A stretch of DNA of 64,000 nucleotides. It comes from Ylistrum balloti (Eukaryota). Made by a program: the position numbers and the translations under genes. Below, piece by piece: positions 12,262 to 25,200 of this stretch (its first letter is position 1; every line of letters begins with the position of its first letter). The stretch spans positions 868,001 through 932,000 of the forward strand of contig NW_026782170.1 of assembly GCF_031769215.1 (NCBI RefSeq). Reading direction: 5' to 3'. Below the pieces are notes generated by a model. It was not told the origin of the DNA. It was given only the letters and a program-made list of their open reading frames with translations, and searched no databases.

Positions 12262-15200
12262 TCATTCCACATGATCTAATCTCTCAAGTTCCACAAATAT
12301 TAGATGTGGTAAGGTTGCTTCCCCTCTACTGTCCCTCATTATACGGTACATTTGTGCTACACACATATCCTTTCTTATTATTTGTTCATAGTCAGGTATG
12401 TCAAGACTGTAGCACTCCTTGGAAAAGGAGAGGCGATATGCCTGAATACTGGACAGTCCTATCAATGCTTCAAGTACACACTCATGAGCAGGCATGCTTA
12501 GTGAATTGTCAGACAAATTCACATACATAAGGGTTTCCATAGAGCCAAAGTTGCCTGCCACCAGCTCCATTGTGTCGTCGCGCAACTTACAATCCTCCAT
12601 CTCCAGTGTGTGAAGTGTTGACTTACAGCCCCTTAATAGTTTACTAATGTTGGCTGCAGCTGGCTGTAGGTTGTTTTCACTGAGATCCAGTTCCTCCAGT
12701 CCAGAGATATGATGGGAGACTGACAAATATGCAATATCCGTGAAGGCAAGGCCACATGCCACCAGTCTCAAGTACTGCAATGTACTGGGCATATTGGACA
12801 AAATCTGGCGAAGACGTGTCTTCACACGATTGTTGCTGAGGTCAAGTCGAATAAGATGTGGTAAAGCAGAGAGGAGCTGGGCTAGACTGTCACATGAGTC
12901 CTTATGCCTGATGCTGTTACAGGACAAATCAAGGGCTGTTAAACCATTAAACCGCTCTAGTACTGGTGACAGCCTACAGAAGTCCTCACAATTCAGAGCA
13001 TTATACTTCAGACGCAGACTTTGCAAGAACTACAAAGATGAATATATATATAACACCATTACAAGAGCACATGTATGTTTTATTTTAAGCAAGAATTACA
13101 CAAATTAGTAATCTTGCCTGCAGCTGGATTGTTGATACTACATTAACATATACACTTGCATTATGAATTCATCAATACCTTAGAAAGTAAATAAACAGAT
13201 TCAGTCCATATATTTTATTTTCTGATCTTAATCTGCAAATGTATTTCCTAATATTTATTGCAAATTGAAATATGACATTACCACACAAAAGATGCTATAC
13301 TCTGCTTAAACACTGATTTATATTTTATTTAGTAATATGTACCGGATATTGACATTTTTTGGTCCATTAGTAAATAAGCCATGTTAATAACCAAATATAA
13401 ATTCACTGTGATGCATTTTCTCATAAATATGCCTAGTTTCTGTTGTCTAAGACAACAAACATCCAAGAATTTTTTCTATTCAATAATGAATCCAAAATTT
13501 GATGATAACTGTACAGTTCAAACTGTCTTATGTATGGAGAGAAGCAATAACATATTAATTGCAAAAGTCAAGTCTTGAACAAAAAAAAGGAAGCCAAATT
13601 TATCTTGCTTTATAGATCTCATGAAATATTCACCAGCTGTTGAAAGTGTCCCTTTTGCTAACAAACACCAACAAAATCACCTCCCAGAGACTTAAATTAG
13701 TATTCCTTCTACTGAAGGCACTTTGTTTTTTTGCTAAGTACTGTAGCAGTAATCTAAAACAGAGACACTATTGAACTACACTTGGCATAGAGACATAGCA
13801 GTCAGTATATATACCATACCTTTGGATTGATTTGTTGTAGCAGTATATGGAGCTTCTGTTCCCCAAGGCAAGTTGCATCTAATTTTTCCAGGACAATTTT
13901 CAGCTTACTGTCCTGGAAACCAGACACTTTAAGAGCTTTACATAGTTCAGCATGAGTCTGGTCTGAGGTAACAAAGGCGTCCATCTTTACTGTGACTACA
14001 ACACAAAGTATAAAATATCAAGAATATAAACAAGCCATATAATCAATCTTGCTTAAGTCTAAATTAGAAAATGACATAAAATAATCAAAATTTGCAGAAT
14101 CTTTATACCAAAACAAAACAATTATTGTAGGTAGGGTATTTATATCCTTGTGTGTTCTTTATCTATGAAACAAAGTCTGCTGAGAAAGTCAATGTAATTT
14201 TAACTAGAAGTGAATGCTACCAACATAGTAACATTAATAAACTAAATAACCTATGGCATAGAATATTTATATGAAGTTTGAAAATTAACATCTTTAAAAG
14301 AATAAAAGGTGTAATTTTGAAAGATATTTATAATCTAAGGGCAGTACAAAAATCTTGTATAATCCAGCAATATTTGGAAAAGCTGACAGGTATGACATTC
14401 TTAAGACAAAAACACATTAGTACAATGACTACATATACACTTGTGTACCCTGGTTGAAACAGTTCTGGAAGAATGGAATTGTTGCATGATAAACAAATGC
14501 ACTGATATCAGATGTTTTAAATGTTACGTGTAAGGCTAAACATACAGTCTTGGAATTTCCTGTCAAACATTAAAAGCAATATCTACCAATAACAAAAATA
14601 TGTTACATTTTAACCTGTACTGAGGATTATAACAATTTTAGAAATAGCATCCACCAACATTGTTTTATGCAAAAATTCTGAATGTTAATGATATTCTGTC
14701 AGTTAGTTTCAGAAGGTACAGCTGGGTCCCCTCAAACTGATGAATATTCCACTGTCCAACCTCGGTCCTGACCAGTGCCAAGCATTTCTCATGCCGGTTT
14801 AGCCAGTCCAATGTTTTCAACCACTAACACAAAAGCAATTACAGAAATTGGAAAAGGACATAACTCTTATAGAATCATTGTATGTTGACAATTGTCTTGG
14901 TATTAGCAGGGGTTCACATATAGTCACATACCCCCATACATGGATCAGGAAGTGAATAGCCAGTGTTATCAGGTGATTGTTTTTAATTACTCTAAATCTG
15001 TTGGGGGCGTTCATGACATCTTCTACACTAGCTTTCTATTCCCAAAGCAGTCAAGGGAAACCTTTGACCAATAGGTAAATCTGTTGTGGTGTTCATAAGA
15101 TATCCAATACAAAAGGTCATTGTGTATGCTTGCACAAACACAAGCACAGAAGGACAAAGTGATTAACATACACGTCCCATTACCTTAGAGTAGGATATAC

Positions 15201-16953
15201 AATTACCTCAAATTTTATTATTTAAGATAGGAAATCATGCCATTAAGCACAACTGTACAGTCTAACAATTCATGTAATAAGCTTAAGCAAGAGATAAGAG
15301 AGGGATCTTAATGTCCAACACTGTTAAATCTATTTGGTCTTTAAAATATGGATCTTTTCCCTTCTTTTCTCTACTTATGTTTTGTTAATCTCTTCATTAC
15401 ATCAAATTTTAAATTCCTCTTTAGAAGTAGCAAAATCCAACATGGCTGCCTGTCAGGAATTCATTTCTTCTGATCAGTCCAAAATTCAAAACGGCACAAC
15501 AGAGGGGAACCCTATATATGAAATCTGAGACAGACCCATCCAGTGCTTCTCCTGAAGTAACAATAACAAATTACGACTGCCAAAATCCAATACTGGCCTC
15601 CTTGTTTTTCAAATCAGTCTTCAAACAGTTTGCTCAAGTAGGGGTAATGATGAACCTACATATGACAAACTCTTTCTGCCAAAATCCAAGATGGCCTCCT
15701 GTCAACCCTTTTTTTCTTCAAAACAGTTCCAAAATGAGAATGCAAAACTAATGACCAAGGGGAACATACATATGAAATTAGAAAACGATCCATAGAATCC
15801 TTCTCGAGAAACAGCAACATTATCATGCATACAAGACTATATCCCAACAGATGGCCAGTTCAGTAGACAGGAGATATCACTATATCTTTTATCCAATGTA
15901 TATATAGTTTTAGAACAAAATGGGATTTTATTTCTACTGTGCTACATATGTTCATTGTTATGGACAAGTCACCTACAGCTGGAATCTGGAATGGTGGTAT
16001 CGGCAGTCATCAGCTGATGTGAAGTATCTGCTGATTCTGTTTGGTCAGGGAGCAGGGTGACCACTCTGTTGTACATGTCCACCATGACAGTCTGTCTGGC
16101 CTCATTGTGTGCCAACATACAGTGAGTCGCCAAGTAAAACAGGATGACTTCCGCTGTAATACATCAGCACCACAGGTGAAACAGGAATATGTAAGCATTG
16201 GATACAGTTGGCTTTACAGGACTAGAATGAACAGGACTACATTAGAAATAGAAATGATACGGTCAGGATATAAAGAAATAAACAGAATGATCATCTAACC
16301 ATTTTCCATTGTTTAAACACATGTAAAAGTGAGCACTAAATTAATGAAATCATCATCTATAATACAGTGTGCAGAAATAGCATATAATAATTATTCAAAT
16401 TCAAATACAATTCAAAATCTTAAAATTATCAAACAAATAGTTCAATTCATTTTGTAAAGAAGTATATGAAAGTCTTGTAATAAAAGCTGTTACCTGTTGG
16501 GAACCCTGTCATATCAAGATACTTGAGCTTTGTTGGTGTGCGTTTTTTCAGACACTCCAGGAATGTGTGTGATAGACAAGTTGTGTACCGCAGACTTTGG
16601 CGAACAATGTCCATCAGATATGTTGAGTTGTATAGAGGCACTGCAGATGTGAACAGACTAGGGGCAAGCTTTTTTAGAGTGAGACTGTTGAGTGGCCAGT
16701 GAGAAATGAGCGTTTCCATGGAGCGGTCACGATTATCAAGAAGGGCTGCCTGCATTAGTGCCACACTGAGGTGGTAGGGGATATGTTGCACTGCTTCTTT
16801 TGTGAATGAGGCATCACGCACAATGTACTCTGCACACAGATTCAACAGTGATTTTATGTTAGTCTTTCTATACTGGCCATAGTTTGGATCTGCATGTAGG
16901 TCCAGTGGATACACTGCCCCCTGATAATGGTCATATTGTAGGGATGTCTGCAT
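12262..16953 (-). CDS. LRRC14: LRRC14 / PRAME-family leucine-rich repeat protein, ~526 aa
   Basis: Exons 16953-16494, 16153-15977 (GTAGGT donor), 13995-13820, 13029-12262 (1581 nt, in frame). N-terminal BC-box-like IKSLLNLCAEYIV, ISHWPLNSLTL, KLKYLDMTGF, then PRAME-type LRRs (LRLKYNAL, LDLSCNSI, LDLSNNRV, LRLVACGL, LDLSENNL, LEMEDCKL). LRRC14 versus LRRC14B orthology cannot be resolved by eye. Confidence 0.85.
15420..15800 (+). mobile_element. Degenerate copy of the ccaagatggc/catatgaaattt HINE-like family (LRRC14 intron)
   Basis: aaaatccaagatggcc, gaccaaggggaacatacatatgaaatt and gatcc motifs are shared with 1340-2100. Confidence 0.6.
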
Positions 16954-17519
16954 CCTGTCACCTGTTTACAGCTGTCCAACACAAGAAAACTAGCATTCTC
17001 ACCTACAAAAGATATAAAGATATATCTATTATATAGTTGTTTCATAATACCAAGAGACTTGTACCTATTTTATCACAAGAGGCAAAAGAGCCTGTTTCTT
17101 TTACAAGGATATTAAAGCATTACATGCCATGACAAAATAATGTGTTTTGTAATCTGTATTCAAGGTGCAAATGTGCGTAAGAAATTATATATGGTGATGG
17201 TGTTCAATCACTCCTGATAATCTGATACTTTTCTTTCGGAAAATGTGATTGGTTATAACAAGTCTGACCCCAGTGAACTTAAGGCTATTTATTTGAGGAC
17301 ATTCTGTAGCATTCCATCTCAAGTACCTACTTGCAAATGCAAGTTAACGGAACCTTGGGCCTTCTGAAACTTAAAAAATTATCTTAAAAGTTTTCAAAGT
17401 ATTTGATGCCTGTAAAAATGTTCAATGTTAATCATGTAAAGCTTTGCCTTTGGAGTACTCCATAGCATCCAAAGTATTTATCTGACAAATATCAGTATTA
17501 ATTGTAATAGGAAAGAGTA

Positions 17520-18510
17520 ATGAAAAAACACCTTGCCACTGCTTGGATTCAAAATAGCAACCCTTCAGTCTCCAGCTGGACACTCTATCACTTGACTAAT
17601 GAGAAATTCCCACTAGATCAGGTTAAAAATGCAACCTGTACTCTCAACATCTACATTACACCCTTCTTCACAGTGTCTTCAATGACAAAATCAACAAAGG
17701 TTCAATATCTTCCAAGGAAGCATCTCAATCGCCTACTGCTTCTATCCTTCAAGTGTTGTAGTATGCCACCAAATCTGTAACAGGAAGGAGTAATGAAAAA
17801 AAAAATCCTGTCACCACCGCGATTTGAACTACCGACTTTTTGGTTACTAGCTCAACACTATACTGCTTGACTAAAGGGAAATTCTCACAATCCTGGGCTA
17901 ACAGGCGACCTTAACTCTCAACATCTACACTAAATCTGTAATAGAAAGGATTGATGAAAAACAACCTGCAACCCCTCTGTCTCTAGCAAAACATTCTATT
18001 GCCCAACCAAAGGGAAATTCCAACTAGCCAGGGCTAGTAAAGCAACCTTAATGCCCACCTTCTACACCGAGCACTCATGGCTAATTCGTTAAAACAATTT
18101 TCTAACATATCTTACCCCTGTGGTCTTTCAAATAGGTTAAGATAATTCATGTTTGGTTCTTTTATGCAGTAGATGTGCAATAGGCAGGACAAAAGTTAAA
18201 TCAGCTTTTCTTGTCCCCTTTGGCTGATATTCTAAAAGAACTCCTGTCAGCTGATTTAAGTGGGATGATCTGTACTGTAAACTTACCCATACTACTTCCC
18301 CAGTCACAATCTCAGTTTTGTAACTTCAATAAATCACCTCTATCTTCTACAAATCACACATGAAACACAATTGTTCTACAGAACTGAATCTTGATCTAAA
18401 GTTAAGAAATATGCATATGCAATAGAAGGTCTGCCACCGCTAGGGTTCAAACAAGCGACCTTTCAGTCTCTAACTGGACATTCTACCGCTTGAATAAGTG
18501 AAATTCACAG
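17520..18510 (-). repeat. Cluster of four degenerate tRNA-like units (pseudogenes or SINE heads)
   Basis: Best copy 17809-17880 (minus): A-box-like TAGTCAAGCAGT, loop CTAGTAA, B-box-like GTTCAAATC, then a T-run. Related copies near 17535, 17965 and 18435 share flanks (gggaaattcc, ctctcaacatctaca). Stems are imperfect, so these are not called functional tRNAs. Confidence 0.5.
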
Positions 18511-19204
18511 TAGTTAATATAAGGATAGTAAGGAATACAGTGCCCTTGTTTGGGCTTAAACACACTAATTGAAGATTCCATCTTGCCAGAACTAACAAGG
18601 CAACAACTTCTCCTCGTGCTCATATACATTACCAAACTCAGCACTTTACATCAGTTTTTTTTGTATGCGTATACAGAATATATGATTTACCAGGGGCAAA
18701 ATATTATGTTTAGGTGGCCTCTTATTATTAATGAGAGGAATGTCGTAGCATTAATGAGTGGTGACACCTTCGTATTATTGTCAAATTTTCACTTCCACTT
18801 CACAGTAACTTTAACCATCGTGAAGGCCAATATAACATTTTGGAATTAATTAAATTTCAATGTATGCAAGGGTGCTTTGGAAATTAGAATCGTGAACATG
18901 CCATTTTTATATTGAGAAAAGAGCGTACTAAAATAAATACCGTTAAAGAAGAACTGTTATGTCAGACAATAACTTCATGCGTCTGAAACAACGATACGTC
19001 CAGAGAATACTGGAATAAGAAGCATAGGAAGCATAAACACTAGAGCCTCTGTCTTACATATTACATGTCTTTCTCTCTACTGTTGCAAACATACCAAAGA
19101 CGTTGATTCACAAGAACGTGAAAAGGTTACCGACACCTAACGCTCACTTTGAGATAATGTACAGGTTAAACAGGTTATATAAGCATTGAAAGTCAATTTT
19201 CAAG

Positions 19205-22200
19205 ATGACTCTGTGCAAAGGGAAAATTTTGTTTCAGTGCCTGGCGTCATCAAATTCTCGTTTATCAACGTAAGTAAGGACTAATTTGTTATTATCGCTC
19301 AGTAATGCGTTTTCTTGTGATCAGATTGTCTACTCATACGAAACTAACAAAAAATGCATTTTATACAAACCCTCTCCCCACTTCCAAATTCTTGTTTTAA
19401 GTTCACGAGATGTAGTTTTTTAGGCTTATGTCCATCTAGAAGAAATGGTATGCCTCAAAATGACACAAAAATTAACAATAAAACATCTAATTAGTAGAAA
19501 TTCGCTATATGTCTAGCTAAGTCTATTTAAAAACATCATTTGTAAATTTATCTATGGTCCTGATTGTGTTAAAACACAGTTGTACATGCACAATGCTCTG
19601 CAAACATATATCTCAACTTTGAGTCCTAATTATAGAGTCACAAACAATTTTCCATGCATTTCAGTATTTATATGTATGCATGTATGTGTTCTAGATTTTC
19701 AAGTTTACTTTTAGTTTTGCTTCTAGTTCTTTTTGCATCAGATGCTATGTTTTTAGTTTCCTTTCCAAAACAGCACATCATTCTGTGATTTTAAATATTC
19801 TATATTAAGACCGTCAAATTTTTTATCATTCAGAATTATTTCCATAGATTTTACTTGTCTGAATTGCTTACAGGAAAGATATTTTGTTGCTGACAACAAT
19901 TTGAAATGTCTTAAGAAAGCGTTCTTCAAAGGAACGGAACATCCACAAATTTACAACTTGTACAAAATATCAAAATATCACTTTGATAATTTGAGAGAGC
20001 ACATCTACTTGAAGAACTGGTTGTTTGTTTTTAAGTACTTATAAGATATTGTGATGTTTTTTCTTAATTTAATATCTAATATTTACAGTTTTATACAAGT
20101 GCGATCAAAATGGTATTCTGCTCAATACCTGGAACCCACCATAAACGAAAAAGAACTAAAGAAGCCAGTCACAGCTACTGATCCTAGGTTGTTTCGACCA
20201 ATAATGGCACCAAGGACAGAACAATCATTGTCATTCACCTATGTACCAGAAGTTCAGTGAGTAAGATTTTTGGACCTTATCAGACCAGGAAACATAACTC
20301 CAAACAAAGAGCAAAGTACACAAATTTAAGCAGTTGATGGAAAACTTGAACAAGTGCATTGCATGACCATTATATCTGAGACAGAAATAATATTCAGGAT
20401 GCATTTGTATGTTGTTTATAAAACGAAATACTGTTGTTTTTATAAACCATTATGTTGAAGTATATGTATTGTTTTGTAATTATTATGTAATTTGTAAAGT
20501 CATACTTTAAGAAATATGGATAAGAAGAATTCACATTTATTGTTTCATTTTTGCATTGTTAGGAAATTTATCAACATATTGATGAGAAAGGGGAAGAAGG
20601 AGTTATCCAGGAATCTGTTGGAAGAGGTAATTACATATTTTCATTCAGTAATGTGCTGTATGCAAATGAATTTACATGTACAATTATTTAGCATTTGCTC
20701 CTTGTTGAAGCTGTTTTGATGTCCCTGCTATGAAGTAACTGGAGGTATAAGATATTACTGTTTGTTCATGCTTCTCTTTTAAGTCTGTCACAGAGTCTGC
20801 ACTAATTAATGGTGATAGAATTATTAGGATGCTGATATTTTGTGTGGAAATTAATTTGGAGTGAAACACCAATGCTATGCAAAATGGAAAATAATTTGAT
20901 TTATGAATACATGATAGTAATTAGGACTTGCTTGTTAATTATATTTATCATCTTATTGATGTATAATGTAACACTTTCCTGTACTTTTTTTGTAGACCTT
21001 TAAGAAGGTGAAAGTGATACAGTTAAAGAAATATAAGAAGGCAAATAAAGATGAGCAGTCTGAAATAGAGCTTAATCCTGTAAATGTGTTCCTTGAAGCG
21101 GTGGAAAATTGTCGCCCTAATGTTCATACCACAAGAGTCATGCGAGGTGGGGTGTGGTATGAGGTAAGGAGAAAAAACAATAACATGTGTTGTAAAATTG
21201 CCTATCATAGTTAAAGACATCAGAGTAATTGAAAATGACCTATATTTTTTAGGTTTGGTTGTGTTGAATTTGTTTAGTATCAGTTCAAAATGGCCAAGTC
21301 ACCATCAATTTTATGAAACTGATTATCAGAGCTTTTATGTTTTTGTTTCAGCCATTCACTGTAGAATAAAAACTGATTTCATCAATAAATCTTTAAATAT
21401 CTCACTACTGCTATTTCTGCAGGAGATATTGAATGGGTCTTCAGATTTGAAATTCGGATTCTCCTTTGTCACTGATTGTGTATATTTAATAGTTGATCGG
21501 AAGTATTGGATGGCATTCATTTTAAATACTTGTTGAAAACAAAATGCACACCATTTTTAATCAAGATAAAACAAAATTGTGATTAGGAGACATGGAACCT
21601 TGACTTTATGGTGATACATTGTATATGCTACAACTTTAGATTAAGCAGATATCTATATTCTTTTGTGATACTTTTTGTAATGATGATAATTAATTTCAGG
21701 TTCCTATTGCATGTAATCCTGAAACACAGACATATAAAGCCATGACATTCTTGATTAAGAGTGCTGCAGAGAAAGACAGAAAAGCAAAGTTCCCAGACAT
21801 GCTTGCAAAAGAACTCATAGAAGCCAGTAACAATGAAGTAAGAACAACTATAACATGTTTTTGTATTTATTTAGTGTGCAGGTAGTTAATAGAATATTAC
21901 ATGTGTCTAATCCAGGGACAGGGATATGTCAACCTTTGTGTAGGAGTTAAGCAGGTTCGCAGGTTTGTTTAGTGCTGACCAGCCAACCAAACTCTCACAC
22001 AAAGGTGGAGATATCATTCTCCATGAAACAGATTAATGTTTTCTCTTTTTTCTCACATACCAGTACTTTAAAAAAAAACAGCAAAAAATGTAAGTTGTTG
22101 TGAATGTCCCATTAAATGTGTGTCAAAATTGATAACGTTATCAATTTGCAAGATGTACACACTAAATGAAATGACGCCGCTTTTCTATTTTGAGTAGCAT

Positions 22201-22613
22201 TATAGCATGTGCCAGCTGTCTTTCCCTCCCACATAAAAGTATACTATCCCTAGCAACCACACTGTAAAGTTTGTGACAAATTTCATTGCTATGAGTTCAG
22301 TTTTAGATAAAATATGTACCGGTACATGTTGCTTTATTGAAAACATGATCATAGAAATCCAGGCTCTCTCCATCCCTACCCATAAAACATAAACATTTTT
22401 TTAACATAAAATAGCTAGACATGAAAGGCAAGTGTGCTTTATGGGCTTAATGGTTATATTGTATTAATAATTGTTGATTGTTTTTGTTATTGGTTTTGTT
22501 TTAAATATTGAAGGTTGGTTATTGTGTTGCAGGGTAAGAGTGTAAAAAGAAAACAAGACCTACTGAAGCGGTGTGATGACAACAAAGCATTTGCCTCCTT
22601 CAGAAATAGATGA
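19205..22613 (+). CDS. MRPS7: Mitochondrial ribosomal protein uS7m, 227 aa
   Basis: Exons 19205-19269, 20089-20256, 20563-20626, 20996-21163, 21700-21837, 22533-22613 (684 nt). S7 motifs KFINILMRKGKKELSRNLL, NPVNVFLEAVENCRP, RGGVWYEVP, LAKELIEASNNEGKSVKRKQDL...NKAFASFR; AATAAA at 22641. Confidence 0.95.
21912..22022. mobile_element. MITE-like element with ~26-bp imperfect TIRs (MRPS7 intron 5)
   Basis: gatatgtcaacctttgtgtaggagtt (21923-21948) pairs with aactctcacacaaaggtggagatatc (21990-22015). Confidence 0.55.
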
Positions 22614-23119
22614 TTTTGTTTGTGCATGAATTGTGTGATCAATAAAGATTATGTTTGAGTCTAAAAAGGCTTCACTGGTGATTTTTCCTATAAGAATTCA
22701 TCTAGGAGATTCATTTACTGTATAAGAATAGGTTAGGGATTGATTAATTCTAAGTAAAGGAAAAGTAAACCTAACCTTAGTGCCATGAAAATTACTTAAA
22801 CTCTTTCTAACTCCATCCCAGTTCCTGATATTTGAAAGCAATTCTGTTAAAAACAGTTCTGAAGGAAACTACAATCGTTTTTCTGTCAAAAGCTTGATTA
22901 TGTTTATCCCCAGTTATCTGTATTTGTAATCTTAAGAAGAAAGTGGGACTTATGGTATGATGAGTGCCACCTAGCACTTGACAATAGGCTTAACATCATT
23001 TTTGTAAGCACCATTTCATGCTGACAGATTATAATCAATAATGAAAAATCTATTTTGATTTATATCAAGATAACATTGACATCATCCTTCATATGGAATG
23101 TAAATGTACAAATACATAG

Positions 23120-23280
23120 GTGCTAAGTTGGTGCAGAGATAAAACACTTGCCTTTCACCTAAGCAACAGTTACTCGATTTCCTGACCTGACATATCTACC
23201 TGACGCTGTTGGTTTTCACCATGTTGTCAGATTTCCTCAAATGGTAGGCCCCAAGTGTTGTCATTCAGGTCAACAAGAGT
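23120..23280 (+). mobile_element. Degenerate tRNA-derived SINE
   Basis: gctaagttggtgcagagataaaacacttgcctttcacc...actcgatttcc head; shares cac(t/c)gcctttcacc with the copy at 24.2-24.3 kb. Confidence 0.45.
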
Positions 23281-24179
23281 GATTAATATAAACGGTTAGC
23301 TCATACACAAATATTGTAGAATAAATCAAAGTTTACAGTTCAATTTAGATATAAGCATTGAATTGTCTTGTGATATAGCATTTACATACATTTTCAATGA
23401 TAGAGCTTGGCATCGTGTGCTAATTAGTATAACAACAAAAGATGTATTGCTTTTTAAACCAATCTTTAACTATATGTCATGTCACCTCAGTGCAATGGTT
23501 AAATAATGATACTAACTGAACTAATTGACTTCAGTGGGGATTTTCAAGTACATTTGTAATGCGAGAATTCATCTCTTGTAACACTTTTTTTTAGTGTGCT
23601 ACAAATAGGGCAAGTAACAAGTGTTTTTCATCAAAGAAAACACTAATTCTACGTGGTGATGTGAATCTTAACAAAGATATTTACAGAGTAGGTATTAAAG
23701 AACTACACAGTTTTTATAAAAATTATGGCATACCCAGTTGATGTCTTTCAGTCTTTAAATGACTTCTTCTCAATTACCAAAAAGTTGCATGGTCATAGTA
23801 ATTGATCAGAGGAAGCTTGGTTCAACAGCTTTCATGTTTTCTCCAGTGAATGACCTTGACTCACATTCAAGTTCAAAGGGTCATATTTTTTAATGTTGCA
23901 AAAGGTTTCTTGGATTAATGATGATAAGCTTTTGTCCAGGTCACCATTTTCGTTTGTAATTAAACCTTTAAACACGTAATATCTGAAAGGTCAGGAATTT
24001 CGGCTAGTAGCATGCTTGGATTAGGTTTGTTCAAATAAGTCATCTTGACCCACTTTTAATGTCACATGAATCAAATGTTTGATCTTCCAGTGATTGCTGA
24101 ATAACCTTTTTTGTATAAACTTTATATATTTTACAAATGATTGCAAAACAAGCTATTACATTAATCACTCTTGTTAGTC

Positions 24180-24305
24180 CAGATAGAAGCACATGAGGAG
24201 TTTTCCTTTGGGAGGTGACCCCCCCATACCGTTTCATGTTCACTAGGGGAATCTGAATTCCGGACACCAAGGTGAAAGGCGAGTGCATTACCACTGTGCC
24301 AACAA
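24180..24305 (-). mobile_element. tRNA-derived SINE 5' region
   Basis: Minus strand reads ttggcacagtggtaatgcactcgcctttcaccttggtgtccggaattcagattcccc: A-box and degenerate B-box. Confidence 0.55.
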
Positions 24306-24859
24306 CACTGTAAAACCCAGCGTCATGATAAGGCCAGTAAAGAGCAAGAGCAAAGGACTATTAAATTTGTCCAAATGAAAGACCTTGGGTATTTTTCGAA
24401 TAGTTATGACAATTATAATCAGTTTTAATGACAGAGCTTTGTAGGCAAACATCTGAGCACTAGAGCAAAGCTGTATGTTCATCTGCAATGTTCGGTCTTT
24501 TCAGCGGTCATAATATTATAATTCAACGATTATACATTTGTGTATCGTTCACAGATTACAACTGAAGTTAACATTGATATAATTAATTCAAAATTAAACC
24601 TCAAACATTTGTTTTGATGGAATACCATCACTGTCTCTTAACAATGATAACGACATAGATAAAGGGTGATGAGCTGAATGTCATTTACAAAACTTAACCT
24701 CCTATTAGTGTACTATGTATTTTGACGGTTGAATTTATGAATTATGAAATATACGTTATATAAATATATGTTTATAAATAAACCAGATAATAGGTCAATT
24801 AGGATTGATATTTATAGCCACAGGAAAGAAGAAAAGTGGGGAAGGGATGCAAATCAAGT

Positions 24860-25200
24860 TTCACAACTTCATTACTGTATGCCATTCGAAGTGATGCATG
24901 ACACACATTTGTGACACATTGAACTGATCAAATAACAAAGAAATGCATGGGTAAAGTTTTGCCATATTCCTGACGTCCAACGTCGCAAGAACGTATTTTT
25001 TCCTGACGCAGATGTCGCTCCATTTCATTCCAAACATGGTCAATCGAAGAGAAACCTGGGAACATGACAAGCCAAGTTAGCAAAAAGACATTCTGTTGCT
25101 GTAGATGTCCCAACAATACGTACAGTGTAAGGTCTTACATTGTCCTGCTGAAAGTTGTCCTTCACTATGAACAAATGGGTCCTTTCATTGAAACACAACA
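24860..25200 (-). pseudogene. Tc1/mariner transposase C-terminal remnant (frameshifted)
   Basis: LQQQNVFLLTWLVMFPGFSSIDHVWNEMERHLR matches the Tc1 WPxxSPDLxPIEHxW motif. The following frameshifted pieces resemble the EW..IP..SM.RR...GGHT.Y tail. Confidence 0.75.

Noticed and set aside
14620-14830. GC-richer stretch with an acceptor-like tgttag inside LRRC14 intron 2
   Set aside because: All frames stop or lack a compatible donor, and the GTAGGT donor at 15976 already joins the flanking exons in frame.
17809-17880. Functional tRNA gene call
   Set aside because: Anticodon and acceptor stems are mismatched and the neighbouring copies are more degenerate; kept only as a tRNA-like repeat.
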